Shown here in pieces: positions 1-7,978 of a stretch of DNA of 64,000 nt. Under the pieces are notes generated by a model. It had not been told where the DNA came from. It worked only from the letters and a program-made list of their open reading frames with translations, and searched no databases. The DNA is taken from contig CAXXVK010000067.1 in assembly GCA_963676915.2 (NCBI GenBank), positions 32,001 through 96,000 on the forward strand, in the 5' to 3' direction. Every line of letters starts with the position of its first letter. Position 1 is the stretch's first letter. Source of the DNA: Myxococcota bacterium. GTDB taxonomy: Bacteria > Myxococcota_A > SURF-8 > G963663525. The translations under genes were made by a program, and so were the position numbers.

Positions 1-61
1 TGGCATATAAACCAAGAAAAGGTACAGGAAAACCAACAGAATAAGCGACGACGAGCGAACC

Positions 62-1024
62 TTACAGCCTGCCGGTTCGGCTAAGCAGATTGGCCGCCGC
101 GCCCACCATGCCACCTTCTTCCCACAAGATGCATGGCCGGATTTCGACATCTTTGGCCACTGCCGTGAAGGCGTAATCTCTGATGTTTTTCTCCATCTGA
201 GGTCGGAAATGTTCCAAGGCTCTTGCAATACCACCGGCTACCAGAATGACTTTGACATTCAAGGTGTTGAGCAACCCGGCGGAGACGATTCCAAGCGCCT
301 GTCCGAGGTCGTCCCAATATTGTTGTGCTTTGGAATGACCTTCTTTGGCCATTTCGGCCAGTGTAGCCGCCAGTCGGCTTTCATGACCTGCGCGTTCGAG
401 GGCTTCGCTAAAGCTTTCGGCCTTGGCGCGGCGAAGCAAACCCGTTGAAGAGGCTATAGTTTCCAAACAACCACGAGAACCGCAACCGCAGGGTTCGCCT
501 TCGGGAAAAACGTTGATGTGACCGATTTCTCCGGCCATGCCGTCCACGCCGTTCCACAGATCGCCGTTCAAAAAGACTGCCCCACCCAGTCCCGTACCGA
601 GAGCCATGGCGAAAAAATGCCGTTCGTTGCGGCATGCGCCCTGCCAGGCTTCGCCACGGGCAATCGCGTTGACATCGTTTTCGATGGCAACAGGCCGCTG
701 TAAACGCTCCGATAGACGTTTGGAAAACTCGAAATCGTGCCATTTCGGAAAGTTGGGAGACTCGGTGATAATTCCCTGGGCCGTATCGATCACGCCAGCG
801 ATACCCAATCCCACGCCAATCAGACCGTCCAGTGAAACATCGTTAGATTTCAAGATGTTGCTCACAATCGCTTCGGTCGCATCGAGGATTCCGGCTTCGG
901 TTTTATCCGATTCTTCCAGTAAATATTTCTCGGTGGCAAGCAATTGACCGTTTTCGGTCAGCAAACCAGCCTTGAGATTCGTTCCGCCGATATCGATGCC
1001 GATGACGTGTGAGGGAGAAGACAT
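62..1024 (-). CDS. ROK family sugar kinase (glucokinase/N-acetylglucosamine kinase-like)
   Basis: GIDIGGT ATP motif, ENDVN, GTGLGG and EIGH...CGCGSRGCLE Zn motif of ROK kinases. Confidence 0.92.
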   Translation of the reverse strand: MSSPSHVIGIDIGGTNLKAGLLTENGQLLATEKYLLEESDKTEAGILDATEAIVSNILKSNDVSLDGLIGVGLGIAGVIDTAQGIITESPNFPKWHDFEFSKRLSERLQRPVAIENDVNAIARGEAWQGACRNERHFFAMALGTGLGGAVFLNGDLWNGVDGMAGEIGHINVFPEGEPCGCGSRGCLETIASSTGLLRRAKAESFSEALERAGHESRLAATLAEMAKEGHSKAQQYWDDLGQALGIVSAGLLNTLNVKVILVAGGIARALEHFRPQMEKNIRDYAFTAVAKDVEIRPCILWEEGGMVGAAANLLSRTGRL

Positions 1025-1038
1025 GTTTCTTCCTTATT

Positions 1039-2421
1039 TCAACGTTTGAGACGTTTACGGGGAAAGCGCTCGTCCAAGATGACTTCCGAGACGTGTACGC
1101 CCAGTTTTCCTTTGGCCAGACGCACTTCAAGCGGCGATCCTTCGAGGATTCGCGAGGCGTCGGTCACGATATTCCCGTCAGGGGTGGTGGTCAGGCTGTA
1201 TCCCCGATCCAGCACCCGAAGTGGGGAAAGGGCATCGAGCGAACGAGCCAGCCGAGCGAGGTTCTGCCGTTGCGTGGGAACGTTACCCAGCGCATGAAAA
1301 CGTAGAGCCTGCGCCGCATAGTGAAGCCGTTTACGCAAATTATCGAGGTCGGCTTGCGGGCTTTGGCGTTCAAGTCGTCTCGAAGTACGAGCCAGGTTGT
1401 CGCGTCGATCGTGCAAAAGCGTTTGTATTCGACGAAGCAGGCGATGTTCCAGGTTGTCCAACGTCAACCGTTGATCCGCGAGGCGACGCTCCGGGGATTT
1501 CAGTTTTCCTTGAAGACGTTGCAGATCGAGCCGGAAACGAGCAACCCGATAACTTTGCGCCTTTTCCAGTCGGGCGAGCAGAGCGAAGAGGTCTTCCCGT
1601 TGATCTCGCAACGGTGGAACCGCCAACTCTCCCGCCATGGATGGCGTGGCGGCGCGAACGTCCGCAACGAAATCGCAAATGGTGAAATCGGTTTCGTGGC
1701 CTACCGCCGAAATCACCGGCAATGGGCAATTGGCCACGGCGCGGGCTACGATTTCCTCGTTGAAGGCCCAGAGATCCTCGATGGAACCACCGCCTCGACC
1801 GACGATAACCAGTTCGTGAGATGGATCTTTTCCGGCTTTTTCAAGGGCTTCGGCGATTTCTTCGGCAGCGCCTTCGCCCTGAACCCGAACGGGAATCAAC
1901 CGTAGCAATGTGTGCGGATGGCGACGATGAATCACCCGGATGAGATCCCGTACGGCGGCTCCTCGTGGAGAAGTGATCAGTACGATGGTTCTCGGAAACG
2001 GTGGCAAAGGCTTTTTGCGCGTCGGGTCGAACAGACCTTCTTCTTCGAGTTTTCGCTTGAGTTGCTCGAACAATTCCCGAAGACGGCCCGTCCCTTTGTC
2101 CTCCATCGAACTTACGATGATCTGGTAGGAACCGCGAGGTTCGTACAAACCGATGCGCCCATGGATGACGACGGATTGACCTTCTCTGGGAACGAATCCC
2201 AGTCGGGATGCCTGACCTTTGAACATGACGCAGGAAATCTGCGAGCGTTCGTCTTTTAATGTAAAATAGACATGTCCCGAATGAGCCTGTGTAACATTGG
2301 ACAACTCACCCTCGACCCATAGCGAGGGCCAGTTTGTTTCCAGAACGTTTTTGATTTGGGCCGTAAGTTGACGGACCGTGTAAATCTGGCGTTCGGTTTT
2401 GGCTCGATTTCGTTCATTCAT
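1039..2421 (-). CDS. xseA: Exodeoxyribonuclease VII large subunit
   Basis: WVEGELSN, SGHVYFTLKD, RGGGSIEDLWAFN, SAVGHETDFT and C-terminal LSPLRVLDRGY motifs. Confidence 0.97.
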   Translation of the reverse strand: MNERNRAKTERQIYTVRQLTAQIKNVLETNWPSLWVEGELSNVTQAHSGHVYFTLKDERSQISCVMFKGQASRLGFVPREGQSVVIHGRIGLYEPRGSYQIIVSSMEDKGTGRLRELFEQLKRKLEEEGLFDPTRKKPLPPFPRTIVLITSPRGAAVRDLIRVIHRRHPHTLLRLIPVRVQGEGAAEEIAEALEKAGKDPSHELVIVGRGGGSIEDLWAFNEEIVARAVANCPLPVISAVGHETDFTICDFVADVRAATPSMAGELAVPPLRDQREDLFALLARLEKAQSYRVARFRLDLQRLQGKLKSPERRLADQRLTLDNLEHRLLRRIQTLLHDRRDNLARTSRRLERQSPQADLDNLRKRLHYAAQALRFHALGNVPTQRQNLARLARSLDALSPLRVLDRGYSLTTTPDGNIVTDASRILEGSPLEVRLAKGKLGVHVSEVILDERFPRKRLKR

Positions 2422-2454
2422 GGGCGAATGCTATCACAAATGGACACAGGGTCG

Positions 2455-2484
2455 AAAAAAAAGCGAAGCCAAAAAGGCTTCGCT
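2455..2484 (-). terminator. Rho-independent terminator downstream of the HxS peptide gene
   Basis: Perfect 9-bp stem AGCGAAGCC/GGCTTCGCT with a 5-nt loop, followed by a T run on the minus strand. Confidence 0.85.
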
Positions 2485-2610
2485 CGAAGGGGATGGATTA
2501 GGGGGCCCGGTTTTCGGTCTCTGGAAAGGGCAGGGAAACGTCGTTTTCATCGAACCATGGGCACGATGAACCCAAAAGGCTCCCGGACCGATTCCGGGTA
2601 GAAAAAGGAT

Positions 2611-2973
2611 TTACCAGCTACCGTGAGATCCGTGAGATCCGTGAGAACCATGAGATCCATGGGAAGCATGGGAGCCATGCGAGCCGTGGGAGCCATGAGA
2701 ACCATGGGAGCCGTGGGAGCCGTGCGAACCATGAGAGCCGTGGGAACCGTGCGAGCAGTGTCCGGCATGAAGCTGGCCGTCCTGGACATCCATATCGCTA
2801 TGGTCGGGATTGAATTCCCCGGCTTCCGCCTCTGTGGCGTCCACGGTCTGTCCAAGGAGAAGGAGGGTCGTAGAAACGGTCAAAGCCTGTTTCTTCGTGA
2901 TTTTTCCTTCTTCGCTCTGCAAAAACTGGGCTACCCGTTTTTTCAGTGTCGGTAGCTTTTTGGCGGAACTCAT
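2611..2973 (-). CDS. His-Xaa-Ser repeat peptide (HxsA-like putative RiPP precursor or metal-binding peptide)
   Basis: Strong RBS (GAAGGAGG); leader FLQSEEGKITKKQAL plus hydrophobic stretch and AEA; C-terminal HCS-(HGS)9-HAS-(HGS)5-W. Confidence 0.85.
   Translation of the reverse strand: MSSAKKLPTLKKRVAQFLQSEEGKITKKQALTVSTTLLLLGQTVDATEAEAGEFNPDHSDMDVQDGQLHAGHCSHGSHGSHGSHGSHGSHGSHGSHGSHGSHASHGSHGSHGSHGSHGSW
2617..2760 (-). repeat. Sixteen 9-bp coding tandem repeats (His-Xaa-Ser)
   Basis: Period-9 repeat with free variation at synonymous positions (CAC/CAT, GGN, TCN/AGC). Confidence 0.95.
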
Positions 2974-2991
2974 TGCTCACCCTCCTTCAAA

Positions 2992-3014
2992 TGTGGAAAG
3001 GTTGGATTTCCACA
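2992..3014. promoter_or_regulatory. Inverted repeat TGTGGAAA-N7-TTTCCACA just upstream of the HxS peptide RBS (operator or leader hairpin)
   Basis: Perfect 8-bp arms; function inferred only. Confidence 0.35.
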
Positions 3015-3484
3015 AATCCTTTTCCTAATCATATGCACGTTTTATCAAGATTACCCATGAAAGTCAATAAAGCTTTCTTGTACGAACCGGCATAAAGTTC
3101 AGCAGTACTCAAATGATGCAAAAAACACGCCTTTTTCCAAGTTTGCGGCAGAAATACGAGAACGAAAACTGCTCCAAAATGATAAAACCGAACTCAACCC
3201 TTTGAAATTCAATGTATTTTTCTTGCCACGACCCTCGATTCTTAAGAATAAGACGAGCAAAACGCCAAAGTTTCCGATATTTCAAAAAAATTCTTTGTTT
3301 AATCGATCCTTTGGTTTTTTGTTAATCGTTCTCAGGATGAAATCCTGTATCTATTCAAGAATACAGAGAAATTCAGAAGTTGCAATGATAAATCACAGGT
3401 CGGTTCATCTTGCCGGATCTTTTGGCTCAATGTATCGAAAAAGGAAAATTTTTCGTACCTCGGCATTTTTTTCGTTGCGATGTT

Positions 3485-5929
3485 TCAGGATATCTCTGTC
3501 GTTTGTTGCAACGATACGTAGGCACAGGCTACGGCAACGAGGTAGCATAGTGCACCGACAACCGCTGTAAACGTGATGCCGAAGGCCAGAGACGCCACCA
3601 CCGCCAGTACGGAGCCTACTACCGACATCGCTCCGTTGACGGCCCAGAGCCACGGTGTTTGTTCCGGTACGCGCCCGGCAGCAAGACCGATACCGATGGG
3701 AAATCCCATACCGAGTGTCAAGCCCATAAGGCCGACGACTCCAAGCGCCAGAGCCAGGCGAATCGGAACGGAGGTTCCGTGCAGGATTCCAAGCAAAGAC
3801 GGTGTGGTCAGAGAAAGGACGATCTGCACGACGAACAGCACTCCGAGCGCTGCCAACGCGCTTTTGCGCACCTTTTCATTGTCGATGAAAACCCGTTGGG
3901 TCAGATAACTTCCGGCACCGGTAGCCAGCAAAATTCCGAACAGCACCACCGCGAGAGAATACACCGGATGCCCCAGGAAAATCGTCAATCGCTGAATGGC
4001 CGCCAACTCTACCAGAATGAATCCCAGGCCGATGGAGGCAAAATACAGACTATGTGGCAACAGGCGGAAGCGAGGCAGCGGAGCATGATGTCGTGAGGCC
4101 AGTTTCAGTGGCAACAATAGACCGCCGACGGCCAGGAGAATCACCATTCCCAAGCACATCAGAAGCACTACGACGGCGCGCATGTTGAAGCTGGTGACCC
4201 ATTGGGCCTGACGGTCGGTGCGGAAGATGTCGGAAAATCGTAACGTCTGGAAAAAGAAGGGTTTATCGTCGGTTGAAGGGGTTACATCCAGTTGATAATT
4301 GGCGACGATACTTTCATGGGTTTCGGGTGACAGCACAAGTGCGAAGTCTTCGGGGTCGGACATTTCCCACGTATGCAACGGCGTGAACTTGTAGATTTTC
4401 ATCACGTCGGCGAACGTGGCGAGATCTTTTGCCGTAAACGGTTTTTTGGAAATCAGAATGGTTCCCACACCGGTTTTGCTGCCTTCATGCTCGTCGAACT
4501 CCGTTGCGGCGATCAACACATGCTTGCGTGGTTCTTTGATGCCCATTTTTCGCAAAGCAGCATAAGCCAGGGAGGCGCAACGCAGCATTTCTCCTGGACG
4601 TTCCCGAACCCACCAGCGGGAAAACGTAATCACACCCCGATCGGTGGAATGGTTCAGAAATTCCACCCAGGCTTCTTGCGTGTACAGAGAATTCTCCGTC
4701 AGGGTGAAGGCTCCGGCTGCCGTAGCGGCCCAGGAATCGATCAGGCTGGCTTGTATGATGTCGAATCGCTCCCCCGAGCGCTCGATGTAGCTGCGTGCTT
4801 CGTCGTGAATGAAGCGGACTTTGGAATTCCGGGCCAAACGTCCGGTGAAATCGGCGAAATCGTACTCCAGCAAGTTCAGGATATCCTTGTTGATTTCCAC
4901 GCCCGTGACCCTCGGTGCATTGAACAGCAGAGCGGTCACAATGTCCCGTCCACCGCCGACGCCGATCACCAGAGTGTCCGACTCGGGACGAAGATGATGC
5001 GCCAGAGACGTGATATCGTAGCGCAAATGTTCTACCTGCTCGGCTCGTTTGCCGTCCCATTGGGTGAACACCGTACCGGCGGCGGCATCGATGAACAGGA
5101 AAAGTTGTTTGGGATGGTTGTCCCCTTTGTAAACCGGTGACATTCCCCAACTGAACGCGCCTTGCGAAACATCTTTATGCACGGCGATGGCGGCGTGACT
5201 GTTCCAGCGTTCCACGAGCGGTTCGGAGGTCACCGGCTCGGCTGTGGGGAGTCCGAATACATTTTTAACGAATTGAAAGCGAAACGGTTTGGCGAACGGC
5301 TGGATGATCGTCAGAAAGAGCAATACCGCGCAAATCGCCCCGGCCACTTTTCGCCAGCGTTTCGATCCTGCCAATACCAGACCGGCGGCGGCGGCGAGGA
5401 AGGTTGAGGCCAGTACTACGCCCGGACCGGTCAACGGCGACATCAGGGCCAGTACCAGCAGGCAACCGAGCGCAGCTCCGACCAGATCGAAGGTATACAG
5501 CAGTCCCGAACGGGCGGGCCAGCGAGTCAGCAACAGGCACACCGCCACCCCGGAGAACAGAAACGGTACGAGCGCCAGCAGAAAGCTGGACAACACCGTT
5601 GCCAGACCGAAGACGGTCAACGTCGGGGAGAAGGGAATCCAGAGCAAAAGAGCCAGTCCCACACCACCGGTCACGGCCTGACCCACAGCCAGCAACGCAA
5701 GGCGGTCGTCGAGTTTTTCACGAGGGAACCAGCTTCCTTTGAGATACACTACCACCGCGCCGAAGCTCAGCCCGAAAAGAGCCAGACTGATCGCCATAAA
5801 GGCGTAATGATACCACATCGTGATGCTGAAAATGCGAGTCAATGCGATTTCAAGCATCAGGGTTGCACCGGTAAACAGGGAAATCCCGACAAAATGTTTA
5901 ACGTGCGGTTTGCTGGCGGGGTCCGTCAT
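3485..5929 (-). CDS. Integral membrane protein with a central spermidine-synthase/SAM-methyltransferase-like domain
   Basis: N- and C-terminal TM bundles (LMLEIALTRIFS; GLGFILVE...GHPVYS) flanking LVIGVGGGRD, VTGVEIN, EARSY and TDDKPFF motifs. Confidence 0.85.
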   Translation of the reverse strand: MTDPASKPHVKHFVGISLFTGATLMLEIALTRIFSITMWYHYAFMAISLALFGLSFGAVVVYLKGSWFPREKLDDRLALLAVGQAVTGGVGLALLLWIPFSPTLTVFGLATVLSSFLLALVPFLFSGVAVCLLLTRWPARSGLLYTFDLVGAALGCLLVLALMSPLTGPGVVLASTFLAAAAGLVLAGSKRWRKVAGAICAVLLFLTIIQPFAKPFRFQFVKNVFGLPTAEPVTSEPLVERWNSHAAIAVHKDVSQGAFSWGMSPVYKGDNHPKQLFLFIDAAAGTVFTQWDGKRAEQVEHLRYDITSLAHHLRPESDTLVIGVGGGRDIVTALLFNAPRVTGVEINKDILNLLEYDFADFTGRLARNSKVRFIHDEARSYIERSGERFDIIQASLIDSWAATAAGAFTLTENSLYTQEAWVEFLNHSTDRGVITFSRWWVRERPGEMLRCASLAYAALRKMGIKEPRKHVLIAATEFDEHEGSKTGVGTILISKKPFTAKDLATFADVMKIYKFTPLHTWEMSDPEDFALVLSPETHESIVANYQLDVTPSTDDKPFFFQTLRFSDIFRTDRQAQWVTSFNMRAVVVLLMCLGMVILLAVGGLLLPLKLASRHHAPLPRFRLLPHSLYFASIGLGFILVELAAIQRLTIFLGHPVYSLAVVLFGILLATGAGSYLTQRVFIDNEKVRKSALAALGVLFVVQIVLSLTTPSLLGILHGTSVPIRLALALGVVGLMGLTLGMGFPIGIGLAAGRVPEQTPWLWAVNGAMSVVGSVLAVVASLAFGITFTAVVGALCYLVAVACAYVSLQQTTEIS

Positions 5930-6112
5930 GTTCTCGTTTCTTTCTCGTAACTTATGTCGTTATTTACGTCGTGAAATTCTTAAAAGAGTGACTTTTAGAC
6001 GGCCTGAAAGCCTAGGTCTGTGTACACTATTTTGCAATAATTTGCGAAAAAGCACCCGGAATAGGATGAAAAAAGATTGAAAAATCCGAACTCGTACGCG
6101 AAGGATTCCGAC

Positions 6113-7129
6113 CTAAAAAATCCCTGCAATTTCATACCCGCAAGAATCGCAACGGTTGCCGTCGAGGTTCAACGTATCTACCTGAAATCCCGTTCGCTCG
6201 ATAAGCAACCGCCCGCAGGACGGGCAATGCGTCGAGCTGTGCCGGCTGTCACGCAGGTTTCCGGCGTATACGTAATGCAATCCGGCTTCTTTTCCGATTT
6301 CGCAGGCGTCGAGCACTCTTTTTGCACTCGTCGGTCCCCGATCCGTCATGCGATAATCCGGGTGAAAGGCCGAGACATGCCAGGGAAGATCCGGGCTTAC
6401 GGATACGAGAAACTCGGCGATTTCACGAAGCTCCTCGTTCGTATCGTTGAAATCGGGCACGACGAGCGTTGTAGCTTCGACAAAGGTTCCGGCCTTCCAC
6501 ATTCTCTCGATCGTGTCGAGCACAGGTTGGAGCTTTCCTCCGCAAACCTTCCGGTAGTTTTCGTCCTGAAAGCTTTTCAGGTCGATATTCGCTGCGACCA
6601 ACAGGCCATCGAACGCCTCGAACGCTTCCTCTGTGAGAAACCCGTTCGATACAAAAACCGACGCGATTCCCAGCCGTTGAGCTTCTTCGGCACAGTCGCG
6701 TGCCAACTCGAAGAACATTGTCGGTTCGTTGTAGGTGAATGCCACGGTGTCACAGTTCGCCCGCCGCGCTTGATGCGCCAGTTGGTCGGCTCTTAGATCG
6801 GATTGTGGCAGACGTTCGGGATTCCGAAGTCTCGGCATTTGCGACAAGTCGGCATTCTGGCAGAATTCACAGGTGAAATTGCATCCGAACGTCCCGAACG
6901 AATAGGCCAGCGTTCCAGGTTTTACATGGTATAAAGGCTTTTTCTCGATAGGATCGATGTTCCGGGCGATGACTCCTCCGTATGTTGCGGTATACAGGGT
7001 TCCGTTTCGATTGTATCGAACCTTGCATTTTCCCCGCTTTCCATCGTGGATCGTACAACGATGACTGCAAAGGGCGCACTGCACGGCTTGGTTGTCGAGT
7101 GTCCGGTACAGCTTCGCTTCTTTCTCCAT
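6113..7129 (-). CDS. amrS: AmmeMemoRadiSam system radical SAM enzyme (start moved to MEKEAKLY)
   Basis: CxxCxxxC N-terminal motif, IDPIEKKPLYH, GCNFTCEFCQN radical SAM motif, TYNEP, YVYAGN...CPSCG. Confidence 0.92.
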   Translation of the reverse strand: MEKEAKLYRTLDNQAVQCALCSHRCTIHDGKRGKCKVRYNRNGTLYTATYGGVIARNIDPIEKKPLYHVKPGTLAYSFGTFGCNFTCEFCQNADLSQMPRLRNPERLPQSDLRADQLAHQARRANCDTVAFTYNEPTMFFELARDCAEEAQRLGIASVFVSNGFLTEEAFEAFDGLLVAANIDLKSFQDENYRKVCGGKLQPVLDTIERMWKAGTFVEATTLVVPDFNDTNEELREIAEFLVSVSPDLPWHVSAFHPDYRMTDRGPTSAKRVLDACEIGKEAGLHYVYAGNLRDSRHSSTHCPSCGRLLIERTGFQVDTLNLDGNRCDSCGYEIAGIF

Positions 7130-7182
7130 CGTTCCGTCTTTCCCTTGCCTGCTTTTTTCGGAGCTTTTCCCGAACGATTCGT

Positions 7183-7485
7183 TCAATCTTCCGAAACGAT
7201 GCGCTCCGGCCCGGCGTTTCCGGCGATGCGTTCGTATTTTCCCTTGCCTGCCTTGCGAAACGTGGTGAAACCTTTTTTCGCGGCGTTGTCGTAATCGATT
7301 TTGCCCGTAATGTTCAGATTGCTCCGAGTCTCGGCCGGTTTGGAGATAACCTTCGTCAATTCTCCATCTCCGGGCTTGCCTTCCATTTTGCAATCTCCCG
7401 CACAAAACTTTCGGACGGAGGCGGAATGGTGAATGATTTCAATGATTTTACCGCACTTTTGACACTTGTACTCATAGATCGGCAT
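7183..7485 (-). CDS. FmdB-family zinc ribbon protein
   Basis: MPIYEYKCQKCG N-terminus and a second Cys pair. Confidence 0.8.
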   Translation of the reverse strand: MPIYEYKCQKCGKIIEIIHHSASVRKFCAGDCKMEGKPGDGELTKVISKPAETRSNLNITGKIDYDNAAKKGFTTFRKAGKGKYERIAGNAGPERIVSED

Positions 7486-7536
7486 GACTTGTCCGCTTCC
7501 TGTGGAATTCGGTTTCTTAAACGTCTCGAACCGTAC

Positions 7537-7963
7537 TTATTTTTCGTTTTCTTTATCGTTGTCGAATAGCAAACGATTGAACTTCGCTTCGTAGCGTTGC
7601 GCGTCCGAACCGATACCCAATTTCGATTTATAGTTGCGGATCGCTTCATCCACAACGAGATCGATCAGCGGGTCCAACTCGTCGCCGATTTTTTCCAGTA
7701 TTTTCGCTTTGGCGCGTTCTTTGATGACTTCGTTCACGGCTTCGTCCGTGAGACGCTCCATCTGTTGACGCATTCGTGCCGGTTCGCTCTCTCCCGGAAT
7801 GGTTCATTCTCGGCGGACCTTCTCTGTGGTTCCTGCCACCTCGGTCACCGTGATTTTCATCATGTCGCATCTCTGAGGGACGATCGAAACCGTCATGCGG
7901 AGAATGGCACCGGGGATCGTTCCATTGCGGTCCTCGATTCGGGCCTCGTCGGTCGTGTTCCAT
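7537..7963 (-). CDS. Hypothetical protein, possibly one gene split by a frameshift (ORFs 7646-7963 and 7537-7773)
   Basis: Strong RBS AAGGAAGGAGG before ATG 7963; the protein-like helical ORF 7537-7773 is in the +1 frame and lacks a well-spaced RBS. Confidence 0.5.
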
Positions 7964-7978
7964 GCTGGGCCTCCTTCC

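Noticed and set aside
2547-2955. Alternative-frame repetitive ORFs over the HxS gene, and a possible CRISPR reading of the repeat
   Set aside because: By-products of the 9-bp coding repeat; only the HxS frame is conserved at synonymous sites, and there are no spacers
3202-3570. 122-aa plus-strand ORF in the AT-rich spacer
   Set aside because: TTG start with no RBS, atypical composition, and overlap with the end of the membrane gene
6113-7129. AmrS as the HxsB/HxsC maturase of the HxS peptide
   Set aside because: Motifs are those of the AmmeMemoRadiSam family with no SPASM-type Cys cluster; kept only as a weak neighbourhood hypothesis
7130-7405. N-terminal extension of the amrS ORF in the ORF track
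   Set aside because: Overlaps the FmdB-like gene in another frame; family similarity starts at MEKEA (7129)
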